From the human T2T-CHM13v2.0 reference genome, Homo sapiens, in the NCBI RefSeq assembly GCF_009914755.1, contig NC_060939.1: DNA of 64,000 nucleotides, one strand, 5' to 3'. Shown here in pieces: positions 31,349 to 51,223 of the stretch. Within the stretch, counting starts at the first letter, position 1, and each line of letters starts with the position of its first letter. The translations under genes were made by a program, and so were the position numbers. The notes beneath the pieces were generated by a model that worked only from the letters and a program-made list of their open reading frames with translations, was not told where the DNA came from and searched no databases.

Positions 31349-31535
31349 AAACACACACACACACACACAACAAGAGAGTGAGAGAGAGGGAAAGAAAAAG
31401 GGAAAAAAAAAATGTTCCAAACTCCCATTGTGGCGATAGTTCCACAATTCTGTAAATCTACCAAAAATATATTCAAAATATACTGAACTGTATATTTTAT
31501 TTAAATTATGTGAATTTCATAGTTTGTAAATTGTC
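30320..31535 (+). mobile_element. Old L1M ORF2/3' fragments split by Alus
   Basis: AACTTCTAGAA..AGGAGAAAATCTTCATGAC, CAAGCCACAGACTAGAAGA..TTGCAAATCAT..ATCTGATAAAGG motifs. Confidence 0.7.
31317..31390 (+). repeat. Compound (A)n-(CA)n-(GA)n microsatellite derived from an Alu tail
   Basis: Seen directly. Confidence 0.85.
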
Positions 31536-32194
31536 AGTCTTGGTAATATAAAGAAAAAAGAATGCTAAAAAATACTTTTGGCCAGGAGCAGTGGCTGAAG
31601 CTTGTAATCCCAGCACTTTGGGAGGTGAGGCAGGAGGAGAGCTTGAGCCCAAGAGTTCAAGACCAGCCTGAGTAACATGGCGAGACCTTGTCTCTACAAA
31701 AAAATTTAAAAATTAGCTGAGTGTAGTGGCATGCACCTGTAAACCCAGCCACTTGGGAGGCTGAGGAGGGAGGATGGTTTGAGCCCAGGAGGTTGAGACC
31801 TCAGTAAGTCATGAACGCACCACTGTACTCCAGCCTGCATAACAGAGTGAGACTATCCAAAAAAAAAAAAACTTTAAATTTCACCTTTTCAAAATGAGAC
31901 CTAACGTGTACCCACCCACTCCAGAAGATTTCAAAGAAATTGGTTTTTAAAATACAACAAAACTCCCTTAAGAGAACAGCAAATAATTCATCTTGATACA
32001 TGTATAAATGTAAAACTACTCTGCTTGGCTCCATCCCAAGCTTTTATTACAGAACAATTAATCCATGCTCTAGTTATTTTACCTGATAAGGAAAATGACA
32101 CTAATTAAGGAGGTATGACTACCAAGTAATACGGAGTGATTCGAAATGAATGGAATATTTTCTTTTCTTTTTTTTTTGAGACAAAGTCTTGTAG

Positions 32195-32359
<165 letters not shown>

Positions 32360-32973
32360 TAGCCAGGATGGTCTCGATCTCCTGACCTCGTGATTCGCCC
32401 GCCTCGGCCTCCCAAAGTGCTGGGATTACAGGTGTGAGCCACTGTGCCCGGCCAATGAATGGAATATTTTCAAAACTTATTCCTCAGTACCTATGTGAGT
32501 ATGAAATCAAAAACAATTTGTTGAAGAAAGATCACAGTTAACTTCTAGTCTTACAATCCTCAATATATGCTCCCTTTTGACACCCAGTATACATCAGTCC
32601 TGTCAACTGATTCATCCCAGAAATCATCTTTGCAGCATATCACCACTGATGGCTGAAATGACAGCTGCAATGAATTCCCTTATGTCCACAATACCACCAA
32701 AAAAAGGTGCTGTAAGCACAAAATTCTCCACAAGAAGTCCTATGATGACATCTGGAGAACCAAGTTATATTTTTTAAGTGTTCAATTTTTTTCTTTATGG
32801 TGGCAAAAGACATAAAACTTACCATTTTAACCATTTTTAAGTGTACACTTCAGTGGCATTATATACATTCACATTGTTGTGCAACCATTACTACCATTCA
32901 CAATTTTTTCTTTTTTTTTTTTTTTTGAGACAGAGGCTCCCTCTGTCGCCCAGGCTGGAGCACAATGGGGTGA

Positions 32974-33207
<234 letters not shown>

Positions 33208-33593
33208 TGACAATCATTTCTTAATCACCTTTTAAGATTGCTGGCCTCTCAATTCAGCCTAGTCTTGATTAGCATGTTAAAAGCTGCTGCTGCAATAACC
33301 ACTTTCATCTCCTCATTTGTCTCTTATTCCCTACAAGGAAACTGCATGGCCATCAACCTGACCCATCTGTTATCGTCCAACTTCAGCAAAACACTTGATA
33401 ATTCTCAATAACCCTTTTACCCACCTTCTACCAATTGTTTCTCATTCTCTACCAAGATTACTTCAAATCTTTTTTCCCTCTTCCTCAAAATGCTGAAGTC
33501 ATTCCCCGCTCATCTTGGAAGAGCCTGAAGAGCAAATCATTCCATCCTCTTTTATTTCACCTTAGCTCAATAGTTTCCTCTTACTTGCTGTGA

Positions 33594-33866
<273 letters not shown>

Positions 33867-34108
33867 TGATCCACCCACCTCGGCCTCCCAAAGTGCTGGG
33901 ATTACAGGCGTGAGCCACCGCACCCGGCCTATTTGTAACTCTTAGTCAAGGTGATTCTCCATACTAGTACAAAAGATATGACTATTTCTTGGCGGGCATG
34001 GTGGCTCATGCCTGTAATCCCAGCACTTTGGGAGGCTGAGACGAGCAGATTACAAGGTCAGGAATTCGAGACCAACCTGGCTAACACAGTGAAATCCCGC
34101 CTTTACTA

Positions 34109-34294
<186 letters not shown>

Positions 34295-35388
34295 TTATGT
34301 CACTTATTATGGGTTCATGCCCATGCATTTGCATTTTAAAGTACATACTGTGTAAGTTACTTTATTTATGTTTCCCCAATATATTACAATTAGGGCATCA
34401 TACTGCTTTTTAAAATTATATATTACCTATAGATTTCATTTCAGGATTTTAAAAAGGGCATATTAGGCCAGGCGCAGTGGCTCATGCCTGTAATCCTAGC
34501 ACTTTGGGAGGCCGAGGCGGGCAATCACCTGAGATCAGGAGTTCGAGACCAGCCTGACCAATATGGTGAAACCCCATCTCTACTAAAAAATACAAAAATT
34601 AGCCAGGTGTGGTGGCGGGTTTGCCTGTAGTCCCAGCAACTTGGGAGCCTGAGGCAGGAGAATCGCTTGAACCTGGGAGGCGGAGGTTACAGTGAGCCAG
34701 TATCGTGCACACTGCACTACACCCTGGGCAACAGAGCAAGACTGTCTCAAAGGAAAAAAAAAGGGTGTATTATAAAATATTTGTAATAAAAAAGGAGAGT
34801 TGGGTCTGATACAGTTGAGAACCATGCTCTCTGATAACCACTGTTTATCAGAATGAATGAAGTTGATATTGTTGAGTGACTCTTGCTTTTGGATACTCTA
34901 TTTAATAATCTTTGAAAACTTGGACTATTCCTTAACTCCTTGACTGAAACTTTATTCTAAATGCGGAGTACACCAAAGTTCTGTCATCTATTCCTACGCC
35001 TTAGAAAATCTCATCTTCTACCAGGAATTCAATTAACACTGCTGTATGACTGACCCTCTGGCTCTCAACTTGCACAGCATACAATCCACATTTCTAGATG
35101 CTTCTAGAAAGGCTTTCTAGATGTTTTCTAGCCCCTACAAACCCAAACTTCTCATATGCCTCCACAGCAGCTAGTTCATCTGTCTTTCCTATTTATATAA
35201 CAATTATTCAGACTCAAAATCTATGAATCATTTTTTACACCCCCTTCTACTTCTCTCCTGGCATGCAGTGAGTCCCAATGTGTAGTTAATTCTTCTTTGG
35301 GAATAATGTCTGGAATATGTCAGTTTCTTCCTATTATCAGTGTTTTCATTTAGCTTCTTAGCCTCACACCTAGACTACTGCTTCCTAA

Positions 35389-35807
<419 letters not shown>

Positions 35808-36567
35808 TAGTTTTCCAAAACTCAATAAAATCTAAATTCTTCAGCCTGAAATTTAAAGACCTTTATCATCTGGTTTTGAGTTACTTTTTACAATTTAATC
35901 TTTTACTACTTCCCCACATTCCAGGCAAATTAAGAGTTCCTTTAAAATGTCTCTTAACTTCCTATCAGACCTGTCTCACTTCGCGCAAAGAGGCTCTTTA
36001 AAATTCATCTGACTGCCAGGCGCAGTGGCTCACGCCTGTAATCCCAGCACCTTGGGAGGCCAAGGAAGGCTGATCACCTGAGGTCAGGAGTTCGAGACCA
36101 GCCATCTGACCAACATGGAGAAACCTCGTCTCTACTAAAAATACAACAAAGTTAGTCAGGTGTGGTGGTGCATGCCTGTAATCCCAGCTACTTGGGAGGC
36201 TGAGGCAGCAGCATCACTTGAACCCAGGAGGCAGAGGTTGCGGTCACTGCACTCCAGCCTGGGCAATGAGAGCAAAACTCCATCTCAAAAAAAAAAAAAA
36301 AAAAAAAAAAAGTAATAAAATAAAATAAAATTCATCTGACCAGAGGCTCATACTGTATTGCTAAGGATGAAAGAACTATTCAATATGTTTTTGGAACAAT
36401 TCTTCATTGAATAGCCTGTTCCACACCCTGAACTCTGGCTCATTATCCTGAATCCGAACTCTGATCATATTTCAGCTGCCCTGCCAACAGCTTCATGTTA
36501 ATGGTAAATGTATGCTTCAGAATCATACCCACATATATCAGACTTCCTGAGCTGTGTTCATGAGTAA

Positions 36568-36798
<231 letters not shown>

Positions 36799-37459
36799 TA
36801 GTAGAGACGAGGTTTCACCATGTTGGCCAGGCTGGTCTCAAACTCCTGACCTCAAATGATTTGTCTGCCTTGGCCTCCCAAAGTGCTGGAATTACAGGTG
36901 TGAGCCACCACACCCGGCCAACTTATCAGTATTTATATTGTACAGAATTATGTATTCTGTACAAAATTCACTTTTATATTTAATTTTACTATACTAAAAG
37001 TCAGTTTTCATTATGGGAGTGGATACACTTAACCAGTGTGGGTAGTAACAGACAAGTTATGTAGAACTGTGCTCCTCAAAGAAGTCTGAAAATCAAAGTT
37101 CAGGTAATTCATCCCAAAGACAAACCATCTGCAAATAAGCATGAGTTGAACTGTACACTAACTGGATCCTGCTTTTCAAACTGTAGATATTTAAGTCAGT
37201 CATATCTGTGATAATTACATAAAGAGCAAATGTAACTACTTTCACTCTATTAACTATGTGGTCTAACAATCAACAAGGAGATATGTTTACATCAAACCAG
37301 GTGGTTGATAAACACTTCTTTAAATGTTAAACATTATCCTTTATGCAAAAAGCTTGGGGGTTGGGGGGGCACCTCCATTATAAAGAATTCCAAGTGGGGA
37401 TCCAAATGTCCCTATTTTCTCAAATACTTAGTAAGGAGGCTACATGCTCACCCATTCTA

Positions 37460-37640
37460 CTGAGATTTATATGCCAAATGTTTCATATGTGTTTGCATTT
37501 TCATTTAAACCTTATATGATGCAGATACTATTACAACCACCATTTTACATACAAAGAAACTGAGCTTAACTAACTCGCCCAAGATCATACAAACAGAAGT
37601 GCGCCAAGATTGGAATCCAAGAAGTGTGACTTCAAAGCCC
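37460..37640 (+). mobile_element. MIR element (similar MIR remnants at ~2100-2300, 12290-12450, 40790-40885, 44350-44500)
   Basis: CATTTTACA..AAGAAACTGAG..TAACTCGCCCAAGATCA MIR core. Confidence 0.65.
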
Positions 37641-38244
37641 CACAAGATTAAGTACTCCAAGCATGAAGTACTTCCAGCAAATTAGAGGCTCCTACGACAT
37701 AAAACTATGCCACTGGAGTACTTCAAGGAGAATTTTAATTTATTCAATCATTTGTTTATATCAATATAAAACTTTATTTTATACTATGGGTCATAATCCA
37801 ATTCTGCTTTAATTTTGCTACTCAAATTGTTCCAGCTTTGGCCACTGGAAACTTTCAGTTGGTTCCTTTGCTCCTTCGACATAACCCATTAACGTGAAAT
37901 GTTGTTGTTTTTAGAGCACTTCCTTATTTTTTGGCACAACAAGATACTCAAGGTTCATCTTATGTATATTTCCTGCCCCAATCACAGAATCAACCATTTC
38001 TCCAAGGAGCACTAGTTTCTTTTATTGGAGAATAATATTAGAAACTAAGATCCGGGGCCAGGTGTGTTGGCTCACACCTGTAATCCCAACACTTTGGGAG
38101 GCTGAGGCAGGAGGACTGCTTGAGCCCAGGAGTTCAACACCAGCCTGGGTAACATAGGGAGACCCACCTCTCTATAAAAATAGAAAACTTTGGCCAACCG
38201 CAGTGACTCATGCCTGTAATGCCAGCACTTTGGGAAGCTAATCA

Positions 38245-38499
<255 letters not shown>

Positions 38500-39312
38500 T
38501 TAGATTAGCTGTGCATAGTGGCACACAGTTAAACTCTGTAAACTCATACAGTGAGCATACAGTAAACTCATATAGTGGCATACCTGTAGTCCCAGCCCCA
38601 GCTATTTGGGAGGCTGAGGTGGGAGGATAGCTTGAGTCTGGAAGGTCATGGCTGCAGTGAGCATGCCATTGCACTCCAGCCTGGGTGACAGGGCAAGACC
38701 CCTGTCTCAACAAAAAAAAAGAAACCAAGATCTGGGCACTAGGTGCACTCCTAGGTGTTGTTTCTTTCAACTCTCAGCTGACAATGAATGGAAATATATT
38801 TGTGTATATTAACTCAAGTATGTACATATATCTATAAATATTTCTACATATAAACATGGAACTATTTTGTACTGGTATCTCCAACCTGAATCCATTACCA
38901 CAAAGATTATTCTAGCCTCCTGCCTCGCTTATCTGTAAATTCCACTCCAACAGTGAAAAGCCTGCCTCCTGCCATCCATTTACTTAACTGTTCAATTGTA
39001 GTTACCTATGTAATCAGTACTGATTCCTTTAAACCAGTATCAGAATTGTTAACCTCTGCCCCTTCGGAATGTAACTTTATCAATTAAAGTATAACGCTTA
39101 TGTACAGTCCCTTTTGTCTTACAGATTCCACTCATTTCCAAAGTTACTTAAATCAGCACCTTCCTCCCGTTTAGCAAGGTTGTTTCACACATTTGTGATA
39201 CAGTTAGTTTCTCCTGTCAAGATTTGCATGCCTGAAAGGCCTTGACCTCTAAAAAAATTTTTTTTAATTTGCATACATTAAAGTTTACTCTTAGGCCCAG
39301 AACAGCAGATCA

Positions 39313-40217
<905 letters not shown>

Positions 40218-40508
40218 CTATGGGTTTTGACATGTCATGTGTCCACCATTACAGTATCAAACAGAATACTTTTATCAAGCAGTAACTTTAACTGAATTAA
40301 ATGATACAACTTTCAGTGGAAACAGCATGGTAAGAAAGAAGATGAAGTCAAGAGCTGTGAGCTGAATCCATTGAAAAGCCACAGATAGGCCGGGCGTGGT
40401 GGCTCACACCTGTAATCCCAGCACTTTGGGAGGCCGAGGCAGGCAGATCACAAGGTCAGGAGATCTAGACCATTCTGGCTAACACCAGTAGAAACCCTGT
40501 CTCTACTA

Positions 40509-40733
<225 letters not shown>

Positions 40734-40889
40734 TCACTCTGGGTCTCACTAGTTCCACTGTAAAATGGGGGTTCAATTCGACTAATCATATATAGCATTT
40801 ATTAAACATTATGTATCAGGAATGGTACTAAGTACGTCACATGGATTGCCTCATTTATATCTAACAACACTATAAAGTAGACACTGATA

Positions 40890-43243
<2,354 letters not shown>

Positions 43244-43419
43244 GGCCAGCCGTGGTGGTTCACGCCTATAATCCTAGCACTTTGGGAGGTAGAGGCAGGC
43301 AAATCACCTGAGGTCAGGAGTTCCAGATCAGCCTGGTCAACATGGTGAAACCCCATCTCTACTAAAGATACAAAAATTAGCTGGGTGTGGTGGCACATGC
43401 CTGTAGTCCCGGTTACTCA

Positions 43420-43569
<150 letters not shown>

Positions 43570-43692
43570 TTAACCATCTTATTCACTAAGAAGTTTCAAA
43601 AACAGGCCACACAGTGGCTCACACCTGTAATCCCAGCACTTTGGGAGGCTAAGGTGGGCGGATCATGAGGTCAGGAGTTTGAAACCAGCCTA

Positions 43693-43860
<168 letters not shown>

Positions 43861-43946
43861 CTACAAGAGCAAAACTCTGTCTCAAGAAAAAAAAAAACGT
43901 TTTTGCGGGGAGGAGGAAAAAAAAAACCTCTTACCCAACAGAATAG

Positions 43947-44123
<177 letters not shown>

Positions 44124-44657
44124 TAGGCACACGCCACCCTAGTCCAAAAATTTTATTTTCTGTAGAGATGAGGTCTCCCTATATTGACCAGGCTGGTCTC
44201 AAGCTCCTCAAGCTCACGTGATCCTCCCTCCTCTGCCTCCCAAAGTGCTGGGATTACAGGTGGAAACCACTACGCCTGGCCAAAAATACTCTTCAAAATA
44301 TTTTTGGGGAAGGCAGAAGGACTATAACAAAAATAGAATAGTGGTTCTGTCATTTACTGGCTATATGATTTAACTTGGTTTCAATTTTCTCATCTGTAAA
44401 ATGAGAATTACTACCAAGAAGTTTCAAGAAAATTAAAATGATAATATATAAAGTATCTACCATACTCACTGACTCACAAGAGTTGTCTGATATTAGTGCC
44501 TATGCCCTTCTCATTCTCTATATGCTATAGCCTATCATATCAAGATTTTGATACGTTAGATCCAACTTTAAAACTTTTCAACTGTTAGCTGGACACAGTG
44601 GCTCACGCCTGTAATCCCAGCACTTTGGGATGCCAAGGCAGGCAGATCACAAGGTCA

Positions 44658-45209
<552 letters not shown>

Positions 45210-45327
45210 TGATTTCAAACTCCTGAGCTCAAACGATCCGCCTGCTCAGCCTCCCAAAGTGCCGGGATTACAGGTGTGAGCCACCAAGCCTAACCTATTT
45301 AATGTGAATTTGTATGTTGGCATATAA

Positions 45328-45530
<203 letters not shown>

Positions 45531-46473
45531 TAGAGTCAGAGTTTAACCATGTTGGCCAGGCTGGTTTCGAACTCCTGACCTCAGGTGATCCACCTGCCTC
45601 AGTCTCCCAAAGTGCAGGGATTACAGGCGTGAGCCACCGCACCCGGCCAACAAACTTTCATTAAGTGAACCTCTAACACCACAGCTTATAATTAGTTTTG
45701 TTTTGTTTTTAGAGACAGGGTCTCGCTCTCCACCCAGGCTTGAGTGCGCTGGCACAATCATAGCTCACTAGGGACTCAAGTGATCCTCTTGCCTCCTGAG
45801 TAACTGGGACTACAGGCTTGAGACACCATGCCCAGCAGAATAGCTCTCGATTTGTTGCTTTGGCTTAATCACATTTCCACCTTGATGTACTCAAAATGTT
45901 TTTATTAGTCATAAACTTTTCTAATCACATTTGTGCTCACTACAATTATTTCCTATCACAATTTACAGACTTTCAAAAATTGATTTGGTTTCTACTGAAA
46001 TAAAACGTAGAGGAAAAGAACACAGTAAGCTAAAATGATGGAATTCAATCCCTTAAAAACAAAATTCAGCCGGGCACGGTGGCTCACGCCTGTAATCTCA
46101 GCACTTTGGGAGGCCAAGGTAGGTGGATCACGAGGTCAGGGGCTCGAGACCAGCCTGACCAACATGGTGAAACCCCGTCTCTACTAAAAATACAAAAATT
46201 AGCTGGGTGTGGTGGCGGGCGCCTGTAATACCAGCTACTCAGGAGGCTGAGGCAGGAGAATTGCTTGAACCCGGGAGGCGGAAGCTGCAGTGAGCCGAGA
46301 TCACGCCACTATACTCCAGCCTGGGCGACAGAGCCAGACTCCGTCTCAAAAAACAAAAAAAAAAAAACATTCATTTTAAAGTCTAGAAGGTATGCAACTT
46401 TTACCACACATAATGATCTCAAATTGTTTTATAGGAGGAGGAGCTTGGAAATTTCAAACATAAAATGCAACTA

Positions 46474-46827
<354 letters not shown>

Positions 46828-47639
46828 CTACAACACGGATGAACCTTGAAAACACCATGTTAAGTGAAACAAACTAGGCAAAGAAAGATACATATGTTTC
46901 TTTTTTAGGTAAATTTAGGCAAAAAATATATTAATAGTTACCTAAGACTGGAGGGAGGGGGAATGGGGAGTGACTGCTAAATGGCTTCTAGAGATTCTCT
47001 TTTAGGGTGATGAATTAAATAGTGGTTGATGGCTACAGAATTTAATAAATATAGTTTCAGAAAATTACTTAATTATACGCTTTAGAAAGCGGAATTTTTT
47101 GGTATTTGAATCATATTTCAATAAAGCTATTATTTAATTTAAGTTGCCACTGAAAAGCCACAATAATTTTGTTGTGGAGGAAATAATGAAAGTCACTGAC
47201 TGGAAAAGTAACCTGTGACGTTAGCCAGGTCAACCTCCAAATTCCTTCCCCCATTTCTAACAAGTACATCAAACTAGAGACAGTGTGTGAATCAAAGAAT
47301 TCCAGGCACAGTTGGCTGTTAACTAGAATAGTAAGTGGCTGCCTAGGTTCTGTCATTCCTAAACTGTAGGGGGCTTCTAGCCTCGGAGATTACGGAAGTA
47401 GTACTTTCCATTAGCGAGCTCAAGAAGGAATGTCAAAATAGGATGACACTTTCCTAGTCGCTATGTAAAAACCTAAAAAACCAGAAGAGGTGTCATCTAG
47501 ACACTCCCAAGTCTATGCAGGTGTCAGCCTGCCCCCACCCAACACCAGCCAGCAGCGTGCACCATTCAACCGTATCTCAACTTGCCCCTTACAAAATGAC
47601 ACACTAACAAGCCCTTAGATCTCATTTGTTTAAAATGAC

Positions 47640-48780
47640 AGATACACAACCTTCACGGGGTTCCCACTCAAGGCCTTCCAGCCTCCGCCCTGCCCCTGCC
47701 CACCCCCAAACCTACACACGTGTTAGCCCGACACCGCCCCACCGGGTCCCACGTGCACCTGGTCTAACACACTCCCCACGTGTGGGCGCCCCACGGGCTT
47801 CCTCAGGTGGCTGAGGTCACCGCATGACCCCGGGTCTCCAGAGATATGAAACGGGAAGGACAAGGCCCTAGTCCCTGAGGTCCCAACCCTGCGGGGAGTG
47901 TCCACACCCATCCTCCATACTAACCCCAACAAATCCAAGGGCCGGGGGCGACGGCCCCTTTAAGACGCGGCCCAGTTGTCGCCCGCAGAGAGGGGCGCAA
48001 CAAGACCTACACAACCCCCACTCCGTTCGCCCGCCCACGTCTAGTTGCCTCACCTCGGGCCGCCTGGCCCCGCCGCCGCGACGGCGGCGGAGGGGGGGCG
48101 GGGTGCGGGCGGGGTCCGGAGGGGGGGGTCGCCCCGCCGACGGTGGAGCCGCGGTTCGCTCTCTGAGGCCGTGGGACGGTGACTGCGTTGGGCGTGGACG
48201 CTCCTAGCTCGCTCCCTCCGCGGCTCCTGGGACCCCAAGATGGCGGCGGCGCTGAGGCGGCTGCGGGCGCTGGGCCGGCGGCGGCGGCGGCCACTTTCAC
48301 TCACTGAGAGGAGCGGAGCAGGGACACGGGGAGCCATGGCGGGGGGGAGGAGAGGCGCCATAGCCAGGCCAGAACAATCGAGCCGCTACACGGGTGGCTT
48401 ACCCCCACCCCGCCCACACTCACTGCTCGTCGCCTGCCCGTGGCCACCCGTAGTGCCGCTGCCGTCGGCCTCGCGCAGCTCGCACCCCGCCGCTGCCACC
48501 TGACGCCCCGTGCGAACCGGGGTTCGAGGGGAGACCCTGATCCATGCCATCTGAGTACAGATTAGTCGGGACTGGGACTGGCGAAGATTGCCGAAAGGCG
48601 GCGGGGAGGAGGAGGAGGATGTCATCGCTACAGTGAGCAAGCAGATCTCGCAGGAGAAAATGTCGCGAGAGCTTTCCAGGCCCGCAACCGCCGATGCAAG
48701 GTTACTTTTCCCGGAAGTAACGTCAATCGAAACCGCCCGGGATCCTGGGATATTTGTTCCCGCAGGCTAGAGGTGGGAAG
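47640..48780. promoter_or_regulatory. CpG island / INO80 promoter
   Basis: Very high GC and CpG density, free of repeats, GGC triplet runs; YY1 CAAGATGGCGGC 48236-47, ETS CCGGAAGT 48711-18, TGTCGCGAGA 48661-70, GC boxes, three CACGTG. Confidence 0.93.
48054..48361 (-). other. INO80: INO80 non-coding exon 1 (5'UTR); 5' end uncertain
   Basis: Strong donor GAG|gtgagg at 48053-52 inside the CpG island; it is the only CpG island upstream of exon 2 in the window. Confidence 0.8.
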
Positions 48781-49700
48781 GTGCAGCCAAGTTGATAAGA
48801 TCTCTTTAGGGGAAGGAGAGGCTCGCAGCTGGTATTTTGTTACTAGTTTCTGACCCCTTTGGATGGGGTTGTAGATTGTCGGGGAAGTGCCTGGTGTGTA
48901 GTTCGACTACTATACAGTAATTAGTTTGGGGCTCCCATTTAGACTCTGGGAGCAAGAACGCTATAGGTTGGGTAGGACAGCATAGTTAGATAAGATGTCT
49001 ACGTGAAGGTTGTGGGATACAAGGACTTGGGAACACGCAGACCTGTTATCGGAAATGCCAGCCTGTTCTCACATCCACACAGTGTGCCTCTGAAAAGCGA
49101 ATAATTGCTTTTACCTGTGCCAATTCTACAATTTGAGTCCACTGCCACCCACATTTACTAAACTTGGGGTCTCGCTATGTTGCCCAGTCTACTGGGCTGG
49201 TTCCCAGTCTCCTGGCCTGAAGTGATCCTCCTGCCTGGAAGGATCACCTCAGGCCAAACGTCTCAGAGCAGTCCATTAGACTGGTCAACATAGCGAGACC
49301 CCGTCTCTACAAAAAAGACAACATAATAAATGTAATCGACCCAACTACCAGGATGTGTGGTGAGAATTGCCTAGGGTAAGGCCTAGGTGTAGATAAGAAT
49401 TAGAACTTACTGAAAGTTAAATATGCTGTTAATTCAGTTCCTTTGGGTCTCATTCTTTAATCCATTTTAACCTGGCCCTTAGCATTTAACTAAAAAGTAC
49501 TTTATTAAGGTCATCAAGTAGCCTTCTTGTGCTGAGTTAACTGACCTTTAAAAAGTTAAATTTGTGTCAGGGTGCAGTGCCACACGCCTGTAATCCCAGC
49601 ACTTTGGGAGGTCAGGTGGTCGAATCACCTGAGGTCAGGAGCTCGAGACCAGCCTGACCAATATGGTGAAACCCCATCTCTACTAAAAATACAAAAATTA

Positions 49701-49844
<144 letters not shown>

Positions 49845-50020
49845 TCAAAAAGAAAAAAAAAAAAATCCATCTCAAAAAGAAAAAAAAAAAGTTACATTTG
49901 CAAGCCAAGCGCGGTAGCTCACGCGTGTAATCCCGGCACTTTGGGAGGCTGAGGCGGGTGGATCACTTGAGGTCGGGATTTTGAGACCAGCCTGGCCAAC
50001 ATGGTGAAACCTCGTCTCTA

Positions 50021-50197
<177 letters not shown>

Positions 50198-50308
50198 TCA
50201 AGAAAAAAAACCAAGAGTTAAATTTGCTTGAATGCATGGCCAGGCACGGTGGCTCACGCCTGTAATCCCAGTACTTTGGGAGGCCTAGGCAGGCAGATCA
50301 CGAGGTCA

Positions 50309-50515
<207 letters not shown>

Positions 50516-50554
50516 TTAAAAAAAAAAAATGCTTAAAGGCAAAAGTATGATATA

Positions 50555-50900
50555 TAATTGGCCCTTATATCTGCGGGTTCAATATCCGTGGATTCAACCA
50601 ACAGCAAATCAAAAATACTCAAAAAATAGGCTGGGCTCAGTGGCATACACCTGTAATCCCCAGCACTTTGAGAGGCTGAGCCAAAGTGTCACTTGAAGCC
50701 AGGAGTTACAGATTGGCTTGGGCAACAAAAGAAGACCCCATTTCTACCAAATGTTCAAAAAATAAATAATAACTCATTTCAAAATACACTATAATTATTT
50801 GCATAACATTTGCATTGTATTGGGTATTATAAGTAATCTAGAGATGATTTAAAGTATATGGGAGGATGTGTAGGTGATATGCAAATGCTACACAATTTTG
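50555..50900 (-). mobile_element. Partial MER2 interrupted by an Alu monomer
   Basis: CTGCGGGTTCAATATCCGTGGATTCAACCAA and TATTATAAGTAATCTAGAGATGATTTAAAGTATATGGGAGGATGTG. Confidence 0.75.
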
Positions 50901-51007
50901 TCACACACGCCTGTAATCCCAGCACTTTGGGAGGCCGAGGCTGGCAGATCACGAGGTCAGGAGATCGAGACCATCCTGTCTATCGCGGTGAAACCCCGTC
51001 TCTACTA

Positions 51008-51223
<216 letters not shown>

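Noticed and set aside
48240-48503. Plus-strand 87-aa ORF starting at AAGATGGCGGCG as a head-to-head gene
   Set aside because: The ATG is the core of the YY1 motif, GC-rich low-complexity sequence is stop-poor, and no downstream plus-strand coding exons were found in 48.8-64 kb
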